DNA of 64,000 bases from an uncultured Gemmatimonadaceae bacterium (GTDB lineage: Bacteria > Gemmatimonadota > Gemmatimonadetes > Gemmatimonadales > Gemmatimonadaceae). Positions 11,401 through 20,447 of the stretch are shown here, piece after piece (position 1 is the stretch's first letter; each line of letters starts with the position of its first letter). The notes beneath the pieces are model-generated. The model made no database searches and was not told the DNA's origin. It worked only from the letters and a program-made list of their open reading frames with translations. The position numbers and the translations under genes were made by a program. The stretch covers positions 640,001 through 704,000 of the forward strand of contig CAVXGK010000001.1 in assembly GCA_963761305.1 (NCBI GenBank). The letters run 5' to 3'.

Positions 11401-12145
11401 CATGCACGGCGAAGATCACCTGCACGGCTGGGGTCAGCCGTTCATCCCGACGTCGCAGCTGCTGTTCGTACGCGGGTTCGATCCCGTCAGCCAGACGTAC
11501 AAGTACGACGTCAACCCGCGGTTCGGCGCGACGGCGCTGTCGCAGTCGTCCATTCGCGCGCCGGTCACGCTGACCGCGTTGCTGCGCGTCGACGTCGGAC
11601 CGGCGCGTGAGCGCCAGGATCTCACGCAGTTGCTCGACCGCGGCCGCACGACCGACGGTACGAAGGCCCCCGAGGCGCTGCTCCGTGCCTACTATGGATC
11701 GGGCGGCGTCATGAATCCGATGGCCCAGATTCTCCGGCAGGCCGACACGCTCGCTCTCGGGGAAAACCAAGCGGACAGTATCGCGATCCTGAATCGCCAA
11801 TACACCATTTCACTCGACTCGATCTGGTCGCCGGTGGTGAAATACCTCGCCACGCTGCCGGAGCGATACGACCAGACGGCGGCGTACGACCGCTACAAGG
11901 CCGCGCGCGAGGCGTCCGTCGATGCGCTGATCCGCCTGGCGCCGACCGTTCGCGGACTCCTCACGAGCGAACAGATGCGCAAGCTCCCGGCCTTCGTCGG
12001 CCCCTATCTCGACACGCGCTACCTCGCATCAGTCCGCTCCGGCACGACCGGCACCGGCCTCGGCATGATCATGCTGCCTGGCGGCGGTGCGGTTCCGGCC
12101 GGCGGCGGTGGCGTGCAGGTGATCATCAAGTCCGGAACACCGTGA
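8405..12145 (+). CDS. TonB-dependent-receptor-like (Oar-type) outer-membrane protein with N-terminal carboxypeptidase-regulatory-like domain and C-terminal helical extension
   Basis: Signal peptide; RGRIIG..TDKNGRY domain; plug-like NATTLNG..YDVSRGNFSGG; beta-strand-rich body; SPRVGFSW and DINGDG motifs. Confidence 0.75.
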   Translation: MSFRRSIIAALAMAVVVLVRPHIAAAQTDVVRGRIIGPDSLPVERATITVTSLTGNVTRSARTDKNGRYTVTFPGDEGDYFVNVAALGFAGRRFEIKRTGDQEILIADAKLQRVAERLDAVKVNADRQRVGRNDVPDISGSERSASAANVSADQLGDLAALAASLPGVQLIPGADGNPNGFSVLGLTPDQNATTLNGMNFGGSNLPRDANVSTSLVTSPYDVSRGNFSGGLLNVRSRPGSNYIIRTSSLNFDAPQMQWTDPAGRQLGQQYHNISAGGLFSGPLETDKSFFSIAYQAGRRSSDLQSLLNTDALGLRAVGVAEDSVRNLLNILGQDHVPPTIGGVPGARLNDQALVFGTFDWAPPSSTTGQAVNITFNGSWNRQDPSGLSSTELPSHGGERENWYGGVQAKHSGYFGFGVLSETQIGINRLRFYGNPFVDLPNASVRVTSMFDDGTSGVQNLSFGGNPTMNVNMTTTTAQAMNTLSWFSENNKHRLKFTTELRHDEYEQDLSTNELGTFSFNSLSDLAAGTPASFTRQLTPRARSDGQYVLGTSLGDSYRPTDDLQVQYGVRLDGNRFGSTPEFNPAVEQAFGLRNDYVPSKIYASPRVGFSWTYGTAPQVAAFQGAARGPRAVIRGGVGLFQNTPNAQSIGTALDNTGLPSAVQQLACVGIATPTPDWLAYATSIGSIPTQCADGTTGTVFASTAPNVALFDKSYSAPKALRSNLQWNGSILDNMFLASVDATYSLNLDQPSTFDLNFNPVEQFALANEGGRPVYARTSGIVPISGAIAAGESRLDPAFTHVSELRSDMESDARQLTFQLRPSSFNSNYSWSLSYVYANARDRVRGFSNTDGDPRTASWARSSFDSRHQIVYGLTYNAFDFIRLSWNGSFRSGTPYTPLVSGDINGDGYSNDRAFIFDPTKTADTALAAGMRTLLATGSRSARDCLLSQLNTVAGRNTCQGPWTSTAFLNFSFNPAKVRMPQRANISFQISNPLAAADVIMHGEDHLHGWGQPFIPTSQLLFVRGFDPVSQTYKYDVNPRFGATALSQSSIRAPVTLTALLRVDVGPARERQDLTQLLDRGRTTDGTKAPEALLRAYYGSGGVMNPMAQILRQADTLALGENQADSIAILNRQYTISLDSIWSPVVKYLATLPERYDQTAAYDRYKAAREASVDALIRLAPTVRGLLTSEQMRKLPAFVGPYLDTRYLASVRSGTTGTGLGMIMLPGGGAVPAGGGGVQVIIKSGTP

Positions 12146-12168
12146 TTCTCGCTCATTCCATAACTCTT

Positions 12169-13476
12169 ATGCGTACACACATCCTGTCGTTCGTCGCACT
12201 CGTCCCCGCCGCGCTCGCCGCGCAGACGCCGGCCGTTCGCCTGATCAACGCCCCCGACGCCTCGTCCAAGCCGGAGTTCTCGATGGTCGCCGCGGTGCGC
12301 CAGCTCGCCGGCGGCCGGCTGCTCGTGAACGACATCAACAATCGGCAGCTGACGATTCTCGATCCCGGACTCGGCAACGCGTTCCTGCTCGCGGACTCCA
12401 CGAGCGGCCGCGCCAATTCGTACGGAACCCGACCCGGTGGACTCATTCGCTATGTGGGCGACTCGACGCTGTTCGTGGACCCGGCCGGCTTGTCGATGTT
12501 CGTGATCGACCCGGCTGGCAAGATCGCGCGCGTGGCCTCGGTGCCGCGGTCGCAGGACGCCCCCAGTCTCGGCAACAACCTGCTCGGTACGCCGGGCGTC
12601 GACGCCGCCGGGCGTCTGGTCTATCGCAGCGCGGGACTCCGCCTCACCCAACAAGGCGGAAAAGGCGCTGGCGGAATGGTCGCGCCCGACTTTCCCGATT
12701 CCACGGCGATCGTTCGCGTCGATCTTGCCACGCGCAAAGTCGACACGGCGGCATATTACAAGATTCCGAAAACGAAAATGAACATTGTGCAGTCCGACAA
12801 GGGCGTCACGATGACGAGCGAACTGAATCCGATGCCGATCGTCGACGACTGGGCCGTGCTGTCGAACGGGTCGATCGCGATCGTGCGCGGCCAGGACTAC
12901 CATGTCGACATCCTCCACGCCGACGGAACGACGGCGTCGGCGGCGAAGATTCCGTTCGATTGGCAGCGTCTCAGCGACGAAGAGAAGGTCGCCGTCATCG
13001 ATTCGGCGAAGGTTGCGTTGGATCGTGCCCGCGCCGCCGGCCCCGGTGACGGGAATGCCGTCATCGCCGGCGGCGGACGCGGCGCCGGCGGTCCCGGCGG
13101 AATGGTGGTCATGAGCTTCCGAACAACCACCGACGGCGGCGGAGACGGCGGCGGTGTCGGTTCGAAGGTCGCGAGCATGGGCGGCGGCATGACGCCCTCG
13201 TTCGTGAGTGCCAGCGAGCTCCCCGACTATCGCCCCGCATTCAACCAAGGCGCCGCGCGCGCCGACGAAGATGGCAACGTCTGGGTGCGCACGAGCGCCA
13301 TTCGCGCCGGCGCCATCGGCGGGGTGATCTACGACGTGATCAACGGCCAGGGCGCGCTCATCGATCGCGTGCAGCTGCCGTCCGGTCGCACGATCGCCGG
13401 CTTCGGCAAGGGTGGCATCGTCTTCATGGTCGCGCGAGACAAGACCGGCGCCTGGATCGAGCGCACGCATCGGTAG
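12169..13476 (+). CDS. Secreted beta-propeller-like hypothetical protein
   Basis: Signal peptide (ALAAQ); repeated beta-blade-like motifs (LLVND, LFVD, DWAV, ADEDGNVWVR, YDVIN); Gly-rich insert. Lies 23 bp after the barrel gene. Confidence 0.7.
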   Translation: MRTHILSFVALVPAALAAQTPAVRLINAPDASSKPEFSMVAAVRQLAGGRLLVNDINNRQLTILDPGLGNAFLLADSTSGRANSYGTRPGGLIRYVGDSTLFVDPAGLSMFVIDPAGKIARVASVPRSQDAPSLGNNLLGTPGVDAAGRLVYRSAGLRLTQQGGKGAGGMVAPDFPDSTAIVRVDLATRKVDTAAYYKIPKTKMNIVQSDKGVTMTSELNPMPIVDDWAVLSNGSIAIVRGQDYHVDILHADGTTASAAKIPFDWQRLSDEEKVAVIDSAKVALDRARAAGPGDGNAVIAGGGRGAGGPGGMVVMSFRTTTDGGGDGGGVGSKVASMGGGMTPSFVSASELPDYRPAFNQGAARADEDGNVWVRTSAIRAGAIGGVIYDVINGQGALIDRVQLPSGRTIAGFGKGGIVFMVARDKTGAWIERTHR

Positions 13477-13498
13477 CCGAATCGACTCTCGGTTGTTG

Positions 13499-13541
13499 AA
13501 ACAACGCGGGGACTGTCGCCACGACGGTCCCCGTCGTTTTT
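13499..13541. terminator. Probable bidirectional intrinsic terminator
   Basis: Stem CGGGGACTGTCG/CGACGGTCCCCG flanked by an A-rich tract and a T-tract, between convergent genes. Confidence 0.7.
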
Positions 13542-13544
13542 CCG

Positions 13545-13608
13545 GTCCACCGGTCCACCCGTCCACCCGTCCACCCGTCCACCCGTCCACCCGTCCACCC
13601 GTCCACCC
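13545..13608. repeat. Tandem repeat (GTCCACCC) x8
   Basis: Eight contiguous 8-bp units; the first has one mismatch. Confidence 0.95.
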
Positions 13609-13611
13609 ACC

Positions 13612-14556
13612 TCACGCGAACAACCCAACCTGTCCACCGGTGTGCCAGAACAGCACCGTCTGGTCCGGTGTGAACCGCTCGTCGCGCACGTACGAGATGA
13701 GCGCGCCCAGCGCTTTCGCCGTATACGTGTGATCGACGAAGAGCGCTTCCGTCCGCGCCGCCAGCGACTGCGCTTCGCGCGATGCGTTCGTCGGAATGCC
13801 GTAGCCGTCACCGACCCACGAGTCGTCGACCTCGATCTCTCCATCGAACGACTCGAGTCCGCCGATGCCGCGAACGATCGCCAAGACGCCGTTGCGGATC
13901 TTTTCCGCTGAGTCGTCGGCGCTCACCGCGATGACGCGAGTCGGAAGCCCGAACCGCGCCACGCCCGCGATGAGACCAGCCTGCGTGCCGCCCGACGACC
14001 CCGCGTGCACGATCACGTCCGGCAGAATCGCTTGCGCGAGCATCTCTTCGATCGCCGCCACGAATCCGAGCGCGCCGACGACGGTCGATGCACCGAGCGG
14101 AATGAAGAACGGACGTCGCCCCTCATCCCGCAGGCGACGCATCACTCGCTCACCCGCGCCCGCGCGCGCTTCGCGTGACGCGATGTACTCGATCTCGGCC
14201 CCGAGCAGCCGGTCGAGGAGCGCGTTCGCCGACGGATGCGGCGGCGGCGTGCCGTTGATGATGAGTACGCACCGGAGCCCGAGTGACGCCGCGGCAGCCG
14301 CCGTGGCGCGCGCGTGATTCGACTGCACGCCGCCGACCGTCACGAGCGTGTCCGCGCCGCGCGCAACCGCCTCCGCCAGGACGAATTCCAGCTTCCGCAC
14401 CTTGTTGCCGCCGAAGCCGAACGGAATCGAATCGTCGCGCTTCACGAGCAGCGTGGGTCCGCCGCCGAGCGCGGCGCGAAGGCGCGGCACCTCTTGCACC
14501 GGCGTGGGACCCGACAACAACGACACGCGCGGTTGAACGAGGCTCGACGTCGTCAC
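13612..14556 (-). CDS. D-cysteine desulfhydrase / ACC deaminase family PLP enzyme
   Basis: Motifs KRDD..GGNKVRKLE, SNHARATA, SSGGTQAG, YTAKAL and FWHTGG. GTG overlaps the upstream TGA. Confidence 0.85.
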   Translation of the reverse strand: MTTSSLVQPRVSLLSGPTPVQEVPRLRAALGGGPTLLVKRDDSIPFGFGGNKVRKLEFVLAEAVARGADTLVTVGGVQSNHARATAAAAASLGLRCVLIINGTPPPHPSANALLDRLLGAEIEYIASREARAGAGERVMRRLRDEGRRPFFIPLGASTVVGALGFVAAIEEMLAQAILPDVIVHAGSSGGTQAGLIAGVARFGLPTRVIAVSADDSAEKIRNGVLAIVRGIGGLESFDGEIEVDDSWVGDGYGIPTNASREAQSLAARTEALFVDHTYTAKALGALISYVRDERFTPDQTVLFWHTGGQVGLFA

Positions 14557-15527
14557 TCCTCCGCCGACGGCGCGCCGCCGGTCCGCGCCACCTGATCCGC
14601 CTTGATCTTGCCCGCGTCGAACCGCCGCGCGCTGCCCAGCATCTTCTCGATCGTTTCGTCGAAGTCGGCCGTCGGCTTGCGCTGAAAGCGCAGCGGGTTG
14701 ATCCGCGCGACGACGAACGCTTTGAGATACGGACTCTCGAGTCCCTTGGTCTTGAGGTTCGCCACGATTTCGTTCACGAGCTCGTTCAGCTCGAGCAGCT
14801 TGGACGCGCGTTCGCGCCGCGTCTCGAGCGCCGCCGTCAGCTTCGACGCGAGAAACTTGTCGCATCGCTTGAGAATCGGGTGATACGCGCCGCCCGAGAA
14901 TCGCCCGTTCTCCATGTAGCAGAAGCCGAGCGTGAGAAGCGCCGGTTCCTCGAACTCGGTCGTGAACTCCTTCTCCGGCCGGTTGTCGATCGCCGCCAGG
15001 CCTTCGGCGAGCCGCGCCACTTCGAGCGCGCGCTCACGAAGGTTGTGCGCCTTCTCGGTATTGAGAATCAGGATGCGGTGCGCCACTTCCGGTTCCGGGA
15101 CCACGATCGCGATGATCGACTTCGCGCCGAGCTGCCGCATCGCCCCGAGCCGATGATATCCGTTCGGCGACCAGTACTTTCCCTCGGGACCGGGCACGGC
15201 GATCACCGGATCGAGGTAACGGTCGAGTTGATCGATCGCCTTCGCCACGCGCTCGACGTGCGCCTCGGACAGATCGCGCTGATACGGCGTCGGTTCGACT
15301 TTGTCGATCGGCAGCGCCGCAAGAATTTGCCAGTTCGAGCCGAGCGGATCGCGATACGTCGCGAGCACCGACCCGCCGTCGGACTCGATCGTCTTGCCGA
15401 GCGATTCGACCGACGCGGGCGGCGAGACCGACGTCAGCCGGCGAGCGTCCAGCCCGCGCGACGCGGCAGGGGCAGCCGCCGCCTTCTTTCTGGTTCGCTT
15501 CTTGGTCGCGGGCTTGGTCGCGGGCAT
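14553..15527 (-). CDS. ParB N-terminal (ParB/Srx) domain protein with Lys-rich N-tail
   Basis: PTPYQRDLS..LDPVI..NGYHRL (GxxR) motif; N-terminal PATKPATKKRTRKK. Confidence 0.75.
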   Translation of the reverse strand: MPATKPATKKRTRKKAAAAPAASRGLDARRLTSVSPPASVESLGKTIESDGGSVLATYRDPLGSNWQILAALPIDKVEPTPYQRDLSEAHVERVAKAIDQLDRYLDPVIAVPGPEGKYWSPNGYHRLGAMRQLGAKSIIAIVVPEPEVAHRILILNTEKAHNLRERALEVARLAEGLAAIDNRPEKEFTTEFEEPALLTLGFCYMENGRFSGGAYHPILKRCDKFLASKLTAALETRRERASKLLELNELVNEIVANLKTKGLESPYLKAFVVARINPLRFQRKPTADFDETIEKMLGSARRFDAGKIKADQVARTGGAPSAEE

Positions 15528-15676
15528 TGTCCGGCGAAAGCTAGGTCCACCCCGATCGCTCACGCCAGCCGCCGTGGTTCTGAAGAATGATGTGACGTAC
15601 ACCCGGAGCGGTCGCGCCCGCCAACGCATATTTTCCTCGCAGACGCCGCGCCCTTACTCCCTCCCACCGTCGCGCC

Positions 15677-17728
15677 ATGCGCCTTCGCCCACTCGTCGCG
15701 CTTCTCCTCGCCGCACGACCGCTCGCTCTCGCCGCACAGACGCGCGGAATCACGCCGCAGGACTACTTCTCGTTCGAGCTCGTGGCCGATCCGCACATCT
15801 CGCTGGACGGCTCGCGCGTCGTGTACATCGTGTCGCGCGTCGACCGTACGCAGAATCGGCGGATCTCCTCGGTGTGGATCGCGCCCACCGACGGCAGCGC
15901 GCCCGCGCACGTGCTCCTCGACGAAGCCTGGGCCCCGAGCGCACCGCGTTGGTCGCCCGACGGATCGGCCGTCGAATTCATCTCAGCGCGCGCGTCGACG
16001 GATACGAGCTCCGCTACCGGGCGCCGCCCGAGCGCGGCTCGCCCGCAGCTCTGGATTGTGTCCCTCGCCGGCGGCGCCCCGCGCAAAGTGACGAGCGTCA
16101 TGAACGGCGTATCCAACTGCGTGCCGTCGCCGACGGGCGGTCGCGTCGCGTGCTTGAGCCGCACCGGCCCGAGCGACAAGAAGCCCGCCACCGCGCAGAG
16201 CGACGTCCGCCATTATTCGCATCTTTCATACAAGTTCAACGACACCGGCTGGTACGACGACAAGAGATCTCACATCTGGATGGTCGACCTCGCGAGCGGC
16301 GCGGCGCATCAGATCACCGACGGCGACGATTGGAACGACACCGATCCACAATGGGCGCCGGACGGGACACGCCTGGCGTTCGTCTCCGATCGCACGGGAC
16401 ACGAATACGACGGCGGCCGCAACACCGACGTCTGGATTGTGAGCGCCGACGGTGGCGGACTGACGAAAGTCTCCGCCTCCGAGGGTCCGGACAACGCGCC
16501 GCGCTGGTCGCCCGACGGCAAGTCGATCGCCTACGTGACCGCGGCCGCCGAGGAAGCGCCGCCGCAGATCATGATCGCGCCGGCTGGCGGCGGCGTCACC
16601 ATGGCGCCGTATCCCTCGCTCGATCTGATCCCGACCGATCTCCAATGGTCGGGCGACGGCCGCGCGCTCTACTTCGACACCGGCGTCAAGGGCGAGTATC
16701 AGATTTTCCGCATCGAAATCGCCGAACACCGTCTGATGCAGGTCACCGCCGGCTCGCGTGCCGTGCGGAGCCCGAGCATCGCCGCCAACGGCCACATGGT
16801 CTACCTCGTGAACGACTTCACGCACATGGACGACGTGTACTCGTCGGCCATCGACTCGTTGCGGGAACGAAAGCTCTCGAACCACAACGCCGCGCTCTGG
16901 TCGTCACTCGCGCTCGCGCCGGTGCAACGGATGACCTACAAAGGCGCCGACGGCTGGCCGGTCGACGGATTCCTCGTCAAGCCGCTCAACTGGCAGCCGG
17001 GTCGCTCCTATCCGCTCGTGCTCAGCATCCACGGCGGACCCGCCGGCCAGTACGGCGTCGACTGGTTCCACGAATTCCAGGTGTATGCCGCGCACGGATG
17101 GGGCGTGTTCTTCACCAACCCGCGCGGCTCGACGGGCTACGGCCGCGTGTTCCAGCGCGGCATCGAGAACGAGTGGGGCGGCAAGGACTACATCGACATC
17201 ATGAACGGGTTGGACGCCGCGATCGCCGCGAATCCGTGGATCGACACGACCAAGATCGGCGTCACCGGCGGCAGCTACGGCGGGTACATGACGAATTGGA
17301 TCGTGGGCCACACGGGTCGCTTCAAGGCCGCGGTCACGCTCCGCGGCATCTCCAACTTCATCAGCGACGACGGCACGCGCGACGGCGCGTACGGCCACAG
17401 CGACGACTTCGGGGGCGACATCTTCCAGCAGCACGATCTCTATTGGGATCGCTCGCCGCTCAAGCATGTCAAGAACGTCACCACGCCGATTCTCATTCTG
17501 CATTCGGACAACGACTACCGCGTGCCGATCGAACAGGGCGAGCAGTGGTTCCGCGCGCTCAAGCACTACGGCAAGACCGCGGAGATCGTCTTCTTCCCGC
17601 GCGAGAATCACAACCTCACGCGCACCGGCGAACCTCGCCACCTAGTCGAGAGTCTCGACTGGCAGCTCTACTGGTTCGACAAGTATCTCGACGGAAAGAC
17701 GAGTCTCGTCGCGCCAGACTGGCGTTAG
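15677..17728 (+). CDS. S9 family (acylaminoacyl/dipeptidyl) serine peptidase
   Basis: Signal peptide; WSPDG propeller repeats; HGGP, GGSYGG, D-x-R-V and ENH triad motifs. Confidence 0.92.
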   Translation: MRLRPLVALLLAARPLALAAQTRGITPQDYFSFELVADPHISLDGSRVVYIVSRVDRTQNRRISSVWIAPTDGSAPAHVLLDEAWAPSAPRWSPDGSAVEFISARASTDTSSATGRRPSAARPQLWIVSLAGGAPRKVTSVMNGVSNCVPSPTGGRVACLSRTGPSDKKPATAQSDVRHYSHLSYKFNDTGWYDDKRSHIWMVDLASGAAHQITDGDDWNDTDPQWAPDGTRLAFVSDRTGHEYDGGRNTDVWIVSADGGGLTKVSASEGPDNAPRWSPDGKSIAYVTAAAEEAPPQIMIAPAGGGVTMAPYPSLDLIPTDLQWSGDGRALYFDTGVKGEYQIFRIEIAEHRLMQVTAGSRAVRSPSIAANGHMVYLVNDFTHMDDVYSSAIDSLRERKLSNHNAALWSSLALAPVQRMTYKGADGWPVDGFLVKPLNWQPGRSYPLVLSIHGGPAGQYGVDWFHEFQVYAAHGWGVFFTNPRGSTGYGRVFQRGIENEWGGKDYIDIMNGLDAAIAANPWIDTTKIGVTGGSYGGYMTNWIVGHTGRFKAAVTLRGISNFISDDGTRDGAYGHSDDFGGDIFQQHDLYWDRSPLKHVKNVTTPILILHSDNDYRVPIEQGEQWFRALKHYGKTAEIVFFPRENHNLTRTGEPRHLVESLDWQLYWFDKYLDGKTSLVAPDWR

Positions 17729-17755
17729 TTCGCATCGCCGAACAAGACCTGCTTA

Positions 17756-17973
17756 ACGCAGAGACGCAGAGAACGCAGAGAACGGCCGCAGAAGAAGTTC
17801 CGTCGCGCCACGAGCGGGATGTTTTTGTGAAAGCCGCTCGGGATGCTCAAACCCGCAGAGAAGGCTTCGGCGACGCGAGAGGCATCCCGAGCGGCAGTTC
17901 CCCCACAAAATCCCGGCTCGTGGCGCACCGGGACTCGGTTGTCGTTCTCTCTGCCTTCTCTGCGCTTCTGCGT
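17756..17973. repeat. ~220-bp nested imperfect palindrome (REP/MITE-like or structured RNA)
   Basis: Three nested inverted pairs: 17756-17783/17944-17973, 17805-17829/17904-17926, and a perfect 14-bp pair 17833-17846/17882-17895. Confidence 0.75.
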
Positions 17974-18023
17974 CGAGCAGTTGCAGTTCAGTCGGTTGCA
18001 GTCGGCGGATCGGCCGGGCGGTG

Positions 18024-20366
18024 CTACATCCGGAACAGGTACGAGTACTTGAGGAAGAAGTAGTCCGACGTGCGCTGGATCGGCACGAAGTTGAATCGCT
18101 GCGTCGCGTCGGGCAGACCGGTCCCCGCATTGCCGTATCCGACGTAGAGAACCGTCCCCGGACGCGGCGTGTAGGAGAACAGGTAGTCGCCGCGCAACGC
18201 GCGGGACCGCGTCGCGAGCGCCGGCGCGCCATTGATCAGCAGCGGATAGTTCGTCCGCGTCTCGTCGCGCAGGTCGTTCGTCTCGCCGAAGTCGTACTCG
18301 CCGACCACGCGAAGGAAGATCGACCGTGTGAGCTGGTACTCGACCTTGAGCCGCGGGATCGCGTTGCGGGCGACGAGCGACCCGTCCGTGCGCCGCCAGA
18401 AATCCTGATACGAGTACGACCCATCGACGCGCGCGCGATCGCTCGGCCGCATGCTCACGGTGAGCGTCGCGAGGTTGATGTTCGCCTGCGCCCACTCGTA
18501 GAAGTTCTCGTCCTGGCCGCCGACATAGAGCAGACTGGCGTTGAACATCTTCCATTGCGGCGTGGCCAGCGTGAACACGTAGTCGCGGTTGAAGATTCGC
18601 CCCACGCCCGTGAACGGAAGCGTGTCGCCGGCCGGCGAGAGGATTCGATAGTTGGCGTAGAGCGTCGAGTCCCACCCGAACGTCTCCCAGTACACGCCGA
18701 GGCCCACGTTCCAGCCGCCGCGGAACGCCGCCGTCCCGCTCGTGTGGAACTTTTTGTCCTGCGCGTCGCCGCCACGCATGAAGTGCGAGTACTCCCACGT
18801 GTCGTCGTAGTTAACCAGGCCGGTGATCGCCTCGAGTTTCGACCCGCGCTCGGCGAACCACGTGTAGCGTTCTTCGGCGAGCCCATGCACGATGCCCGCG
18901 CGCGAGATGAATCCGCTGCCGGCACGGAAATCGTCGCTGATGCCGTCCAGCAGGTACCGGAAGCCGTACTCCTTTCCGTTGCGTACGACGGCGCCGGTCC
19001 ACAACGGCGCGTTGCGCACCACGTTCTGCGTCTTGTCGAAGCTCTCGGCGTACTGGAAAATCGCGTTGTACGCGCCGCCGAACGCGACTCGGCCGTCGAC
19101 ATCGGCGACGCGGTTGTAGTCGCCGCCGAGTACGCGGTCGGTATACGCTACGCCGACGCGCGACTGGTCGCCGAAGTCGTGCTGCGCGCGCATGATGTCG
19201 TAGACGGCGCGGTCCCGGTCATTCGGCGATAGACTCGGATTGTCGGCCGCAGAGAGGAAGCCCACGCTCGTGCCGTCGACTTTGCCGGCGAGCTTCACCG
19301 CGGCGTCGGGCTGCTCGATGTCGCGGGTGTAGATCAGCGTGTGCGGGACGCTAAACGCCTCGAGTCCCTCGATGAAGAACGGCCGCTTCTCGGGAAAAAA
19401 CAGCGCGCGCCGCGGATCGATCACGAACTGCCCGGCATCCGATTCCACCTCGGCGAAATCGGGGTGCGCCGTGCCGGTCATCGTCAGCGTGTTCGTCAGG
19501 CCCCACCGCGCCGTGCCGCCCAGCTGCGGCGTCTCAGCGTGGTAACCCCAGCCCGTTGCCGCCGGCGCGCCGTTCACGTGCTGCGTCAACACCGGATTGA
19601 TGTCGAGCACAACCCCACGGTCGAGTCCCGTCAGTCCTTCGAGCGTTCCCGACTGCGCGAGAAACGACGAGTTGGCCCGCACGGCCGGCGCCCAACTGTC
19701 TTCATACCCGGAATGCTGCACCTCCCGCACGACGTTCAGATCCCACGTCTGCTGCACCGCCGATTGATACTTGAGACTCTTGAACGGAATTCGCATTTCG
19801 ACTTCGTAGCCGTACTCGGTGACGCGCCCCTTCGACTCGAACACGAAGTCCTGGCTCAGGTCCGCCGACGCGCGCCCCGCGAGCGTCGGCGTCCAACTGC
19901 CTCGCGCGCCCAGCCCGTTTTCGACGAGCATCCCGTCCATCTGCACGCCAAGCGGATTCACCGCGAACACGTACGCCTGCCGCTGGTCGTGGAACGTGCC
20001 GATGAGCAACTGCACATTGTCGTCGGCCGAGATCTTGTCGCGGTCGGCGAGCGTCGCGTGCACGGCACCGTGCGACTCGTAGGCGCGAATGCCCACGTAG
20101 AGGGCCGTCGGCGAATACCAGAGCAACACCTGCGTGGAATCCGCGGCCGGCACGCCGTCTTGCGGCGAGAACTGCGAGAAGCCGGCGAGCACCGCGGCCG
20201 CCTTCCACACGGGTTCGTCGAGCAGCCCGTCGATCGTCACCGTCGCCGCGTCGGTCTCGACGCGAGGGATGTGGACGTGCAGCTGGTTCTCGCGTCCCAC
20301 GTACGTCGCGGGTGGCGTCGGCCCGCCGGAGGCGAGCGCGTGGCAGAAAGCGAGGCAGGTGAGCAT
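18024..20366 (-). CDS. CBM9-like / DUF5916 outer-membrane protein
   Basis: IDGLLDEPVW..EMRIPFKSL CBM9-like domain; PDFAEVESD..FFPEKRPFFIEG; C-terminal YSYLF beta-strand. Confidence 0.82.
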   Translation of the reverse strand: MLTCLAFCHALASGGPTPPATYVGRENQLHVHIPRVETDAATVTIDGLLDEPVWKAAAVLAGFSQFSPQDGVPAADSTQVLLWYSPTALYVGIRAYESHGAVHATLADRDKISADDNVQLLIGTFHDQRQAYVFAVNPLGVQMDGMLVENGLGARGSWTPTLAGRASADLSQDFVFESKGRVTEYGYEVEMRIPFKSLKYQSAVQQTWDLNVVREVQHSGYEDSWAPAVRANSSFLAQSGTLEGLTGLDRGVVLDINPVLTQHVNGAPAATGWGYHAETPQLGGTARWGLTNTLTMTGTAHPDFAEVESDAGQFVIDPRRALFFPEKRPFFIEGLEAFSVPHTLIYTRDIEQPDAAVKLAGKVDGTSVGFLSAADNPSLSPNDRDRAVYDIMRAQHDFGDQSRVGVAYTDRVLGGDYNRVADVDGRVAFGGAYNAIFQYAESFDKTQNVVRNAPLWTGAVVRNGKEYGFRYLLDGISDDFRAGSGFISRAGIVHGLAEERYTWFAERGSKLEAITGLVNYDDTWEYSHFMRGGDAQDKKFHTSGTAAFRGGWNVGLGVYWETFGWDSTLYANYRILSPAGDTLPFTGVGRIFNRDYVFTLATPQWKMFNASLLYVGGQDENFYEWAQANINLATLTVSMRPSDRARVDGSYSYQDFWRRTDGSLVARNAIPRLKVEYQLTRSIFLRVVGEYDFGETNDLRDETRTNYPLLINGAPALATRSRALRGDYLFSYTPRPGTVLYVGYGNAGTGLPDATQRFNFVPIQRTSDYFFLKYSYLFRM

Positions 20367-20447
20367 GTGTCGAACTTGGAGTTCGGGATGCGACTTCGCT
20401 AACTCACCGCGTTCGAATCATGTAAGGATTCGTGCGAGGCCACTGCG

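Noticed and set aside
13329..13844. ORFs containing VDGWTGGR / PPVHPSTR peptide repeats
   Set aside because: They are translations of the intergenic 8-bp microsatellite.
14553..15527. Chromosome/plasmid partition locus or mobile element
   Set aside because: There is no parA, recognisable parS palindrome, integrase or transposase nearby.
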